From the NCBI GenBank assembly GCA_021813555.1, contig JAKAKG010000132.1, forward strand, positions 13-64,012: DNA of 64,000 nt. Reading direction: 5' to 3'. A program made the position numbers and the translations under genes. Below, piece by piece: positions 20,715-29,892 of the stretch. Positions within the stretch are counted from its first letter, which is position 1. The number at the start of each line of letters is the position of its first letter. Under the pieces are notes generated by a model, which saw only the letters and a program-made list of their open reading frames with translations, was not told where the DNA came from and made no database searches. Source of the stretch: Acidobacteriota bacterium. GTDB taxonomy: Bacteria > Acidobacteriota > UBA4820 > DSQY01.

Positions 20715-22562
20715 ATGACCAAGCGTAAGGCCCTGCTAGGCTGGATGAGAGAATCGGTCATCGTGGCGGACGGGGCAATGGGAACGGTGCTCCAGTCGAG
20801 AGGCCTCCCCAGGAGCCACTGCCTGGAGGAGGCAAACCTCAGCCAGGCGGATGTGGTCCTGGCCCTGCACCGCGACTACGTGCACGCGGGGGCCCACATC
20901 ATCACCACCAACACGTTCAAGGCCAACCGGCTGGGCCTTGCGCGGTTCGATTTGCAGGGGCGTCTGAAGGACATCAACGCCCGCGGGGTGGAGATTGCCC
21001 GCCGCGCCGCCCACGGGGCGCCGGTCTGGGTGGGCGGCTCCATGGGCCCCCTCAAGGTCATGCTCAAGCCCTACGGCGACATGGATGAATCGGAGGCCAG
21101 GGACATCTGCCTTGAACAGGTGGCGGCCCTGGCCGACGCTGGACCGGACATCTTCATCATCGAAACCCAGCAATCGGTGTTGGAGGCCCTCTTCTTCATC
21201 GACGCGTGCAAGGCCGTGGCCCCCCAGATTCCCATCCTGGCGTCCCTCACGTTCAACCGGGACGGGCGAACCTTCTTTGGCGACGCACCCGTGGACGGCT
21301 GCCGCCGTCTGGCCAGCGCGGGCGCCGACGTGGTGGGGATCAACTGCTCCGTGGGCCCCGCCGACACCCTGCCCCTCGTGGAGGACGTGGCCCGCAACGT
21401 GGACCACCCCCTCGTGGTCATGCCCAACGCCGGTTATCCCACGGAGGTGGACGGCCGCCTCCACTACCTCTCCAGCCCGGAATACGTGGCGGGCTACGTC
21501 AGGCATTACCTGGATCTGGGCATGAACATCGTGGGCGGATGTTGCGGGACCACACCGGAGACCATACGGGCCGTGGCCGCCGTGGCCAAGAACAGGCCGC
21601 CCGTGAGGCGGCAGGTGAGCCCCGAGGGCCACATGCTCATCGAGGAGGCCCCCGCCCGGCCCCTCACGGCGGCCCATCCCGTCGCGGCGGGCTTTTTCCA
21701 GAAACTGGCGAGGGAGTTCGCCGTCACCTGCGAGCTGGACCCCCCCAAGGGCCCCGACGCCCGGGAGGCCGTAGACACATCGCGCCTCCTCAAACAGGCG
21801 GGGGCCTCCGCCGTGGACATCGCGGACAACCCCATGGCCCGCGTTCGGGTGTCGTCCATGGCCCTGGCGCACCTGGTGCAACAGGAGACGGGGCTCTCCA
21901 CCATTTTGCACATGACGTGCCGGGACCGAAACCTCCTGGCGCTCCAGTCCGAACTGCTCGGTGCGGCGCTCCTGGGGGTGGACGGCATCCTGGCCCTCAG
22001 CGGAGATCCCACGGCCATCGGCGACTTCCCCTCGGCCACGTCCGTCAACGACGTGAACGCCGCGGGCCTCGTGAGGATCATCGCCTCCCTCAACCGGGGC
22101 TACGATTTCTCCGATCACGCCATCGGCGCCTGCGCCAGCTTCGCCATCGGCGTGGGCGTGAATATGGCCGCGACGGACATGGGGCGGGAACTGGACAAAC
22201 TTAAGGAGCGCATGGACGCCGGTGCGACCTTCGCCATGAGCCAGCCCGTCTTCGATCTGGAGCCGGTGGAGCGGTTCTCCGAGGCGGCCGCCTCACTGCC
22301 GATCCGCATCCTGCCCGGCCTTCTCCCCGTCGGGAGCCTGAAGCAGGCCCTTTACCTCCACAACGAAGTGCCGGGGATGGTGTTGCCCCAGGCCTTTCTC
22401 TCTAAGCTCCAGAGCCTGGAGCGCCGCGAAGACCAGCTGTCGTTGGGCGTCGAGGTGTGCCAGGATCTCCTGGCGGGCCTTAAGAAAATCGCACCGGGAG
22501 CCTATCTCACCAGCGGCGGGAGAAAGGCATCGGTCCTGGCGGACGTGCTTCAGGCGCTGTAG
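20715..22562 (+). CDS. metF: Bifunctional homocysteine S-methyltransferase / 5,10-methylenetetrahydrofolate reductase (YitJ-type fusion)
   Basis: 615 aa. N-terminal Hcy-binding domain (cysteines in GINC..., GGCCGT). C-terminal MTHFR domain. Confidence 0.85.
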   Translation: MTKRKALLGWMRESVIVADGAMGTVLQSRGLPRSHCLEEANLSQADVVLALHRDYVHAGAHIITTNTFKANRLGLARFDLQGRLKDINARGVEIARRAAHGAPVWVGGSMGPLKVMLKPYGDMDESEARDICLEQVAALADAGPDIFIIETQQSVLEALFFIDACKAVAPQIPILASLTFNRDGRTFFGDAPVDGCRRLASAGADVVGINCSVGPADTLPLVEDVARNVDHPLVVMPNAGYPTEVDGRLHYLSSPEYVAGYVRHYLDLGMNIVGGCCGTTPETIRAVAAVAKNRPPVRRQVSPEGHMLIEEAPARPLTAAHPVAAGFFQKLAREFAVTCELDPPKGPDAREAVDTSRLLKQAGASAVDIADNPMARVRVSSMALAHLVQQETGLSTILHMTCRDRNLLALQSELLGAALLGVDGILALSGDPTAIGDFPSATSVNDVNAAGLVRIIASLNRGYDFSDHAIGACASFAIGVGVNMAATDMGRELDKLKERMDAGATFAMSQPVFDLEPVERFSEAAASLPIRILPGLLPVGSLKQALYLHNEVPGMVLPQAFLSKLQSLERREDQLSLGVEVCQDLLAGLKKIAPGAYLTSGGRKASVLADVLQAL

Positions 22563-22592
22563 CGGCGGGAGGCGGAAGGTGAGGGACGGCGC

Positions 22593-23270
22593 CTAAGTCC
22601 AGGTGACGTCAAAGACGCAGAGCTTGCCGGCGAAGGCCGCGTCGGCCCCGCATTGGTCGTGGGTCACGACGATGTTCAGCGCACCCAGCTGCTCCAGCGC
22701 GCCATAGAGGTAGCCCACCCCCGTGGAGCAGTCCATGCGGCTGGCCTTCCCCAGGCCCCGGTTGTCCACGGTGACCTTGAAGTGGCCCGGGCCGACCTCC
22801 TCCACGGAAAACTTGCTGGCCGCCTCCACCCCGTAACACTGTCTGTAGATGCTCAGGAACGTGTACTTCAGCCAATCCTGAGGCTTCTTGCCTTGAAAGA
22901 AGGCCTTGAACACCGTTTCGGCCTGGCGGTGGGCGTTGAAGCGCCCGGCCTCGGAGGTAATGCAGGGACGCCTGGAACTGGTGGTGTAAAGGGGTGCTCC
23001 CGGGCCCTTGAGCGCCACGGTCATGGCCTCCAGGAAGACCCCGTCGACCCACTCGGGAAAGTAGGCGCTGGCCAGCACCACGCCGGAGAAGACCTTGTCC
23101 TTCAGGAACTGCTCCCGCTCGGGCGTCCCCGCCAGGCGGAGGGCCGCGTCCTGCGCCGCCGCGAGGACCTTCTCCTTGTCGAGGCCCTGTTCCTGGCAGT
23201 ACGCTTCGATGAAGAGGAGCCTCCCCTTGATGAAATCGCCCAGCTGCCTGTCATTCCCCGCTTCACTCAT
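22593..23270 (-). CDS. V4R (4-vinyl reductase) domain protein, putative small-molecule/hydrocarbon-binding
   Basis: 225 aa. C-terminal C-x3-G-x3-GALE...V.E..CGAD....C.F pattern typical of the V4R domain (COG1719). Confidence 0.5.
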   Translation of the reverse strand: MSEAGNDRQLGDFIKGRLLFIEAYCQEQGLDKEKVLAAAQDAALRLAGTPEREQFLKDKVFSGVVLASAYFPEWVDGVFLEAMTVALKGPGAPLYTTSSRRPCITSEAGRFNAHRQAETVFKAFFQGKKPQDWLKYTFLSIYRQCYGVEAASKFSVEEVGPGHFKVTVDNRGLGKASRMDCSTGVGYLYGALEQLGALNIVVTHDQCGADAAFAGKLCVFDVTWT

Positions 23271-23312
23271 AGGAACACCTCGCCGCGCGGCAGTGTACCT
23301 CCAGGTCCGGCC

Positions 23313-23705
23313 TCATAGCCAGCCCAGCCGCTTGGCGGCCCCGTAAATCAGGTAGAGCCCCATAAACACCACGAAGGTTCCGAACGCCATTCTCAGCACG
23401 GGCCCCGAAAGCCTGCTGGCCACCATGGCTCCCAGCCACGCGCCCCCGAGGCACCCTACGGCGATGATGGCCGCGGCCCTCAGGTCCACGTTGCCGTGGC
23501 GGTAATATTCCGCCACCGCCGCCAGCCCTATGGGCGGGAGGAGGACGGCCAGGCTCGTCCCCGTGGCCTTGTGCTGGGAAAAGTCCATCAGGTAGACCAG
23601 GGCCGGCACGATGACGATGCCGCCGCCGATGCCGAAGACTCCTGAGAGAATGCCCGCGAGCAGGCCGACCATCAGTAGCGCGAGAACGGAAACCAGAAGC
23701 GTCAT
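23313..23705 (-). CDS. TauE/SafE (DUF81) family membrane protein, half-size 4-TM form
   Basis: 130 aa. GVFGIGGGIVIVPAL motif. Confidence 0.7.
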   Translation of the reverse strand: MTLLVSVLALLMVGLLAGILSGVFGIGGGIVIVPALVYLMDFSQHKATGTSLAVLLPPIGLAAVAEYYRHGNVDLRAAAIIAVGCLGGAWLGAMVASRLSGPVLRMAFGTFVVFMGLYLIYGAAKRLGWL

Positions 23706-23718
23706 GCTGGAGCCTCCC

Positions 23719-24180
23719 TCATTCCACGGGCCGAAGCCTCACAATCGATTGGATGATTTCTTCGAGGCGCTGGAGGAATCGCGAGCGGTCCCGCTTTTCG
23801 AAGGGCGCTGGCCCTCCCGTAAGGGTTCCCGATTCTCGCAGGTAGGCCATGAACTCCCGGTTCGCCACGGCCTCGCCGATAGAATCCGGAGTGAACTCCC
23901 GGCCGTTGGGGCCAAGCACCCGCGCGCCCTTTTCCAGCGCCCGCGCGGCGAGTGGGATGTCACTTGATATCACGACGTCATCCCTGGACACCCGGCCCAC
24001 GATCCAATCGTCGGCGGCGTCGAAGCTCCCGTCCACCACCACCTGCTCCACGTCCTCGTCCTCGGGCACCCGCATCCGCGCGTTGGCCACCACGGTGACC
24101 TTGAGTCCGTGGCGCCAGGCCACCTTGTAGACCTCCTGCTTGACGGGGCAGCCGTCCGCGTCGATGTAAATCCTGGTCAA
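23719..24180 (-). CDS. YaiI/YqgV family protein (UPF0178, DUF188)
   Basis: 153 aa. MTRIYIDADGCPVKQEV is a family-typical N-terminus. Confidence 0.75.
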   Translation of the reverse strand: MTRIYIDADGCPVKQEVYKVAWRHGLKVTVVANARMRVPEDEDVEQVVVDGSFDAADDWIVGRVSRDDVVISSDIPLAARALEKGARVLGPNGREFTPDSIGEAVANREFMAYLRESGTLTGGPAPFEKRDRSRFLQRLEEIIQSIVRLRPVE

Positions 24181-24198
24181 GGCGACACCTCCGTCTGC

Positions 24199-24675
24199 CT
24201 AACCATTCATCCTCCAGAGCTCCCAGTTCAGGGCCGAGGCCAGGCTCACCCACAGCAGGTATGGCACCAGCAGCGCCCCGGCCAGAGGCCGCTTGAGCCA
24301 GAAGACCACGAGCGTGGCCAGAAGGAGAATCCAGAGCGCGACGATATCCGCCAAGGCGAGCCCCGGCCGATGCAGGCCGAAGAACAGCCACGACCAGGCA
24401 GCGTTGAAGACCAATTGGAGGAGGAATAGCCCAAGGGCCACCCGGGCGCCCGCGAACCCTGCCCGCGACCAGACCAGCCATGCCGCCAGGGCCATGAGCA
24501 CATACAGGGCCGTCCAAACAGGGCCAAAGACCCAGCCCGGCGGAGTCCAGGAGGGCTTCTGCAGGAGGGCGTACCACGGACCGGGAGGGAACACCGCGCC
24601 ACCCGCAGCCGCGCAAAAGCACGCCACCAGCCAACCCGCGAGTCCGAACCCTTTGCCCGTGCCCGTCAATGCCAC
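24199..24675 (-). CDS. tspO: TspO/MBR tryptophan-rich sensory protein
   Basis: WYALLQKPSWTPPGWVFGPVWTALYVLMALAAWLVW... Homology begins near a GTG at 24673-24675. The longer ORF to 24801 overlaps the upstream gene. Start is uncertain. Confidence 0.8.
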   Translation of the reverse strand: MALTGTGKGFGLAGWLVACFCAAAGGAVFPPGPWYALLQKPSWTPPGWVFGPVWTALYVLMALAAWLVWSRAGFAGARVALGLFLLQLVFNAAWSWLFFGLHRPGLALADIVALWILLLATLVVFWLKRPLAGALLVPYLLWVSLASALNWELWRMNG

Positions 24676-24724
24676 CTCGCTCCCACCGCGGATGCGCGGC
24701 CCATGCGAGTTTTTCAGCAGCCTG

Positions 24725-24961
24725 CTAGTTCCCGTCGGCCTGGTACTCATTGCGGAACTGGTGATAGCGCGCAAGAACACCCTGCTCGTGGCGGATCTCA
24801 TCCTCGTAAAAGCCCTTGAGCACGGCCCGGAGCATGGGGTCTTCGCACAGGCCCATGGCCTCCTGGTACATGGCCTGAGCGTCGCGCTCCGCCTGAAGGG
24901 CTTTCTTGAAAATGGCGAACAGGCGCCTCTCGTTTTCGGACATGGCCTTCAGCGGCGACAT
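24725..24961 (-). CDS. Small ferritin-like / rubrerythrin-like helical protein
   Basis: 78 aa with E..A...E..H-type motifs. Weak assignment. Confidence 0.4.
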   Translation of the reverse strand: MSPLKAMSENERRLFAIFKKALQAERDAQAMYQEAMGLCEDPMLRAVLKGFYEDEIRHEQGVLARYHQFRNEYQADGN

Positions 24962-25062
24962 GGCGTCTCCCTCCTTTGCAAAATCTGATCTAAAGAGATA
25001 CTAGGCGCCTCGGCCGCTGGCCGCAACCCGCGCAAGGGCTGAACGAGGATTCGCACGCATCC

Positions 25063-25680
25063 TCAAGGCTTTCGCGCAACCATGAGGAACACCGGATAGT
25101 CCCTCGTGCTCCCGCCCGCCTCCTTCGCGACCCGGAAAACGGTCTCGAAACTGGCCTCCTCCAAACCGGCCCGCCGCGCCCGCTCTCCCAATTCGCCTCG
25201 GTCAAATCCTCTGTGCCCCGTAAATCCGGCCCCGTGGAATGATCCGTCCTCCGTGTCCAGGTCCGCCACGCACAGGTGACCTCCGGGCCTGAGCAGGCGG
25301 TGGAATTCGCGCAAGATCCCGTCCGTATTCGGAATGTGGTGGAGTGTCATGAGCGTGTAGGTGAGATCAAACCCCTGTCCGGGCATTGAATCCACGCTGA
25401 GGTCCAGCTTGATGGGAGTCATGTTCCCCACGCCGCTGGAGGCAATCTTGCCCCGAAGCGCCGCCAGCATGCCCTCGGAACTGTCCGCCAGCGTGATGTG
25501 GCCCAGGTAAGGCTGAAGCGCGAAGCTGAGCAGGCCCGTCCCGCAGCCGTATTCCAATGCCTCCATGTGAGGGCCCAGTGCCAGCCGGTTTCGTATGGCC
25601 TCCGCGACAGTGCGCGCCCGGCTGATCTTGTTGGGATCCGAGTCCCAGTCCTTCGCCTTCTCGTCAAATTCATTCACCAC
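25063..25680 (-). CDS. Class I SAM-dependent methyltransferase
   Basis: LEYGCGTGLLS motif I. Start placed at a GTG with a GAGGAGG RBS 5 nt upstream. The track ORF extends to 25761 through a low-complexity region. Confidence 0.75.
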   Translation of the reverse strand: MVNEFDEKAKDWDSDPNKISRARTVAEAIRNRLALGPHMEALEYGCGTGLLSFALQPYLGHITLADSSEGMLAALRGKIASSGVGNMTPIKLDLSVDSMPGQGFDLTYTLMTLHHIPNTDGILREFHRLLRPGGHLCVADLDTEDGSFHGAGFTGHRGFDRGELGERARRAGLEEASFETVFRVAKEAGGSTRDYPVFLMVARKP

Positions 25681-25768
25681 GGGCACCTCCTCGGCGGCCG
25701 CACTTCTCCGCCGGCTCTTGTTTTCGCTGCGGCCAAAATCTCCAGTGCCTGCGCGTTTCACGGAGGCT

Positions 25769-26188
25769 CTACTGGTCCGCCGACTCGGGGAGGGCCGGCT
25801 TGATGTCCACGATGGGCGTTCCGTCCATGGCCTCCAGCGGCCCGACCTTGAGGCGGCCGTCCTTGATCTCAGAAATCGTCACGCGATGGAGGGCCACAGG
25901 GTTGGGCCTGTCGGGAGACCGCGTCGCGAAGACACCCCGAAGAGGATTGGAGTCATCTCGCCGGGGGTGAACGGCCAGAACGTCGCGGCGCGCCTTGTGA
26001 AACCAGGTGATCAGCACGATGTCCCGTCCCGCTTCGAGGCCCTGCAAGCCGGGCCCGGCGGAGGGAATCAACTCCAGCCACGCGGAAGGAGCGCCCTCGT
26101 ACCCCTGCCGAGGCGCCCCGCTGGCCTCCACAAGCGACGATCGCACGTACCCGATGGGGCGAATGTCATAGGTCTCATGTTTTCCCAT
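25769..26188 (-). CDS. tsaA: tRNA (N6-threonylcarbamoyl-A37) methyltransferase TsaA/TrmO (YaeB family)
   Basis: 139 aa. IGYVRSS...PRQ...LITWFH...GVFATRSP.RPNP...DGTPIVDIKP. Confidence 0.8.
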   Translation of the reverse strand: MGKHETYDIRPIGYVRSSLVEASGAPRQGYEGAPSAWLELIPSAGPGLQGLEAGRDIVLITWFHKARRDVLAVHPRRDDSNPLRGVFATRSPDRPNPVALHRVTISEIKDGRLKVGPLEAMDGTPIVDIKPALPESADQ

Positions 26189-26504
26189 GACTATCCCCTG
26201 GTTCCCCCGTACCCGCCCTACTCCTGCTCCTGTATTGCCAAAGGCCCCATGCCAGCCAGGCGAGAGCCAAGACGAGGTACAGGATCACCCGCGCGAGCCC
26301 GCGGCGGCTGAACGCCTCCGCCATGAGCACCGCGTAGCACGCGCAGATCACGATCCCCAAAAGGAGGAAGGCGAAGGGGTTAACCCTGGCCCAGGCCGCC
26401 CCCCTCATGAGGAACAACCCCGCGCCCACCAAGAGCAGCGGCAGCAAAACCGCCCCCGCAACGATGATAACTCCAGGGTCGATTCCAGCTTGGGAGATAT
26501 CCAC
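26175..26504 (-). CDS. Small membrane protein (3 TM), hypothetical
   Basis: 109 aa, hydrophobic. Overlaps the tsaA start by 14 nt. Confidence 0.4.
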   Translation of the reverse strand: MDISQAGIDPGVIIVAGAVLLPLLLVGAGLFLMRGAAWARVNPFAFLLLGIVICACYAVLMAEAFSRRGLARVILYLVLALAWLAWGLWQYRSRSRAGTGEPGDSHGKT

Positions 26505-26568
26505 CTTCTACGCCCTCCCGTCCCGTAATCTTCTGGTCCAGCATCCCAAGTCCCGGTCTAGGATGTCC

Positions 26569-27594
26569 TCACCCGATCTCCCGCTTGAGTTCCCTGGACA
26601 GAAGTTCTTCAAGGGCCACGCGGGGGGGGAGATTTTGGAAGAGGATGCGCTCCACGGCGAAGGTGATGGGCATGTCCACGCCCTTGCCGCGCGCCAGGTC
26701 GGACACGGAGCGGGTCGTGGGAACGCCTTCGGCCACCATCTTCATGGAGGCGAGAATCCCCTCGAGGGTTTCGCCCTTGCCCAAACGAACGCCCACGGTG
26801 CGGTTGCGGCTTTCGCTTCCCGTGCACGTCAGCACGAGGTCGCCGACGCCCGAGAGTCCCGAGAAGGTCTGGGGATCGGCCCCCAGCGTCTCGCCCAGGC
26901 GGACGATCTCCCGAAGCCCGCGGGTAATGAGGGCCGCGATGGTATTGGGCCCGAAGCCGAGCCCCACGGCGATGCCGCATGCGAGGGCCACCACGTTTTT
27001 CACGGCCCCGCCCATCTCTACCCCCGCCCGGTCCGTGCTCGCGTAGCCGCGCAGGGGATTGTGCGACACGAGGCGCTGGGCGGCTTCGGCTCGGGCCGGG
27101 TCCGGAGCCGCCAGGACCACCGTGGTGGGATCGCCGCAGGCCAAGCCGTGGGCGAACGTTGGCCCGCTCAGGGCCACTACCGGAGCGCAGGAGGACGGGG
27201 CGTAGGCCTCGATCACAGCGCTGGGCGGGAGGAGGGTCCCTTGTTCAAACCCTTTGGACGCCGAAACGATGAGGGCGCGCTCGGGGCAGAGGGCGCCGAT
27301 CTTCGTCCACAGCGCCCTCGTGGCCTGAGTCGGGCTCACGGAGAGCCATGCGGCCGCACCCTCCGGCACGTCCTTCGGGTCGTGGAAAAGGCGGATGGCG
27401 TCGGGCAGAGGATAGCCGGGAAGGAAATCGGCGTTCTCGCCGGTGCGCCGCATGGAGTCGAACTGGCCTTCTTCGTAGACCCACAGGGCAACCCTTCGGC
27501 CGGATCTGGCCAGGTGCAGGGCAAGCGCCGTTCCCCAGGAGCCTGCGCCCCAGACCACCACCAGTTCCCTCTTTCGGCCCTTGGGTGCGCTCAT
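26569..27594 (-). CDS. gpsA: NAD(P)H-dependent glycerol-3-phosphate dehydrogenase
   Basis: 341 aa from ATG 27592-27594 (MSAPKGRKRELVVVWGAGSWGTALA...). The track ORF extends further upstream. Confidence 0.95.
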   Translation of the reverse strand: MSAPKGRKRELVVVWGAGSWGTALALHLARSGRRVALWVYEEGQFDSMRRTGENADFLPGYPLPDAIRLFHDPKDVPEGAAAWLSVSPTQATRALWTKIGALCPERALIVSASKGFEQGTLLPPSAVIEAYAPSSCAPVVALSGPTFAHGLACGDPTTVVLAAPDPARAEAAQRLVSHNPLRGYASTDRAGVEMGGAVKNVVALACGIAVGLGFGPNTIAALITRGLREIVRLGETLGADPQTFSGLSGVGDLVLTCTGSESRNRTVGVRLGKGETLEGILASMKMVAEGVPTTRSVSDLARGKGVDMPITFAVERILFQNLPPRVALEELLSRELKREIG

Positions 27595-28230
27595 GGTTTC
27601 TCGTCCGCGGACTTTCCGCTCCCTGAACCCCACAGCTTGGACTCGGTGCCCGAAAGGAGGTTGCGAATGTTGGAGTGGTGCCTGGCCACGAGAAGCAGGG
27701 ACAGGCACGCGCCGATGAGGGCCGATGGGAGGGTGTACCATCCATATGCCATATGACATCCAATCATGGTTCCGCCGAAGGTCAGGGCCGCGAGGATGCT
27801 TCCCAGGGAAACCCACCGCAAAGCCAGTACTTCCATGAGGAATACTCCCAAGGCCGCGAAGGTGGGAACCGGCGCAATGAAGAGGAAGGCGCCCAATCCC
27901 GACGCGATGCCCTTCCCTCCCCGGAAGCCCAAGGAGAAAGGAAAACAGTGCCCGACCACGGCGGCCGCTCCCCCCGCCGCATCCATCCAGGGCTGGGAGC
28001 CCCAGGTCCGGCAGATCCACACGGAGGCCGCGGCCTTGGCGAAATCCAGCACGAGCGTGAGGGCGCCCAGGGCTTTGCCTTGGGTGCGCAGAACGTTCGT
28101 GGCCCCGATGTTGCCCGAACCATGATCCCGTATGTCCGCGCCGCTTTTGTACCGCGTCAGGATGTACCCGAAGGGGATAGACCCGAGCAGGTAGGACAGG
28201 ATGATCAGGAGAATGTCTCTGAAGGTCACG
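27591..28230 (-). CDS. plsY: Glycerol-3-phosphate acyltransferase PlsY
   Basis: C-terminal about 212 aa of the 846-aa track ORF. GSGNIGATN and FRGGKG motifs. GTG start near 28230. Its stop TGA overlaps the gpsA ATG (ATGA). The upstream 1.9 kb of the track ORF is an artefact. Confidence 0.9.
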
Positions 28231-28792
28231 TGAGGGCCCCGAATCGCCACTCGGCCAGGACGCGGTAGATGGGGCCCTCGGGGGTCAGCGTGCTCTGGTA
28301 GAGGCGCAGCCGGTCGGGCCGCTCCACCCCCGCCTCGAGGGCCATCATGACCTTGAGAGCCTGGACGAGCTGGGGCTCCCGGCTCGGCTCGCGCAGGCGG
28401 CCCAGGGTGAGGTGCGGCTTGAAGGAGCGCTCCTCCCGAGGCAGCTTCAGCGGCGCCAGGGCCAGCTCCACTGTTCGCTGAAGGGCCGCGAGGCGCCCGT
28501 TGGCGTCGTCCACGCCGCACCACACGACCCGGATCTTGTCGCCCGCCGCGAAGAAGCCCACGCCACGCACCTTGTACGTGAAAGCGGCGGTCCGCTTGGC
28601 CACCTCCGCCATGGGGAGGGCCAGCTTGTCCCGCTGGTCCGGCTGGAGGTCGGCGAAGAATTTGAGGGTGAGGTGCATCTGGCCCGGGTCCACCCATTTC
28701 ACGTGAACCGTTTCGGGCTTCAGCCGGGCCTGCACGTTGGCCAGGGCTTCCCGCGTCTCCTTGGACAGGTCCAACGCCAGGAACGCGCGCAT
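28226..28792 (-). CDS. thpR: RNA 2',3'-cyclic phosphodiesterase (2H phosphoesterase ThpR/LigT)
   Basis: 188 aa with two H-x-T-x motifs (HLTLKF, HLTLGR). Confidence 0.8.
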   Translation of the reverse strand: MRAFLALDLSKETREALANVQARLKPETVHVKWVDPGQMHLTLKFFADLQPDQRDKLALPMAEVAKRTAAFTYKVRGVGFFAAGDKIRVVWCGVDDANGRLAALQRTVELALAPLKLPREERSFKPHLTLGRLREPSREPQLVQALKVMMALEAGVERPDRLRLYQSTLTPEGPIYRVLAEWRFGALT

Positions 28793-28953
28793 GGGAAAGC
28801 CTCCTGTTTCTCAGAGTATCGAATCGCGGTTGCGCCGTCAATGGAAAGGGCGGGCAACAGAACCCGGATCGGGATACGAAAGACGCTGGTACGGCGACCC
28901 GATAGACTCGTCCCCGGCCCTCGGCGTCGTCGCCCGCAGTCCTTGATTGTCGC

Positions 28954-28982
28954 TTGACATTGAGGCTTGGCCGCCCTATGGT
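28954..28982 (+). promoter_or_regulatory. Candidate sigma-70 promoter (TTGACA, 17-nt spacer, TATGGT) 6 nt upstream of ATG 28989, which would give a near-leaderless transcript
   Basis: Perfect -35 hexamer at 28954-28959. The -10 at 28977-28982 matches 4 of 6. Confidence 0.4.
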
Positions 28983-28988
28983 GATGCC

Positions 28989-29762
28989 ATGAGCAGCGAA
29001 GGCCCCACCCCTCGCTCCCGGCACGGCCTGATCGTACGCCTGGACTACGGCTACCCCGCGCTGGACGCACCCGGATGGGCCGAGGGAGACCTTTCGCGCC
29101 AGCCGCTGGACGAGGCGCTGCGGGCCGCCAGGGGTGCGCCCGGACTCGTCCTGCGCCACGCCGAGTGGGCTCTGGCGTGGGCGGGAACGCGTGAAGGCGG
29201 AAGCCTCTGGCCGCGCCTCGCGGCTCTCGCGCGAAGGCCCGGTTTGGTTCTGGAATGCAGGTTTCCCCGCCACGCCAGAGACATAGACGGCCTCCTTCGC
29301 GCCGCGGGCCTGCAAGCAGACACGTGGGAGACTCCCGCCTCCGGCGCCCTTCCTCCCCTCTATGGCGAGCTGGCCGCGAGCCCGGTCCTCCGCCGCCTTC
29401 ACCTGGACTACGAATGGGCCACGGGCATGGGTGCCGCACGAGGCGGCGCCGCCCTTCTCCGTATCGCCGTCCTTCTGGCGAGGGAGGGCCCCGCGGCCGT
29501 GCCCGAGCTGGCCGCGCGGTTGAGCCTCACGGCGGGAGCCTGCCGCGCCTACCTGACGTGGATGGAAGACGCCGCCCTGGCCCGCCGCGAGGGCCGCGCC
29601 TTCGCCTTGCGCCATCCTCTCCTCGCCGAGCTCTTCACCCAGGAAAGGCCCGGCCAGCCACTCACCGCACCTCGGGCCGGCCGCCTCCCCCGCCGTTCCG
29701 CTTCCCTGCAACGTCCCTCCCCATCCCCTTCCCGCCAGCCCACCGGCATGGACTGGGACTAG
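28989..29762 (+). CDS. Hypothetical protein with C-terminal winged-helix (ArsR/MarR-like) region
   Basis: 257 aa. The track ORF starts at 28947, but the promoter motif lies inside that extension. Confidence 0.45.
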   Translation: MSSEGPTPRSRHGLIVRLDYGYPALDAPGWAEGDLSRQPLDEALRAARGAPGLVLRHAEWALAWAGTREGGSLWPRLAALARRPGLVLECRFPRHARDIDGLLRAAGLQADTWETPASGALPPLYGELAASPVLRRLHLDYEWATGMGAARGGAALLRIAVLLAREGPAAVPELAARLSLTAGACRAYLTWMEDAALARREGRAFALRHPLLAELFTQERPGQPLTAPRAGRLPRRSASLQRPSPSPSRQPTGMDWD

Positions 29763-29892
29763 CGCACACCCGTCCACCGGCGCATCCCTCCCATGCCCAA
29801 AGCCTCGCGCGGGCGCTAAGAGGCTGCGGAGAAACTCCCGCGGCCCATGCGAGTTTCTCAGCCGCCTGCTATACTCGACCACCGGAGGCGGG

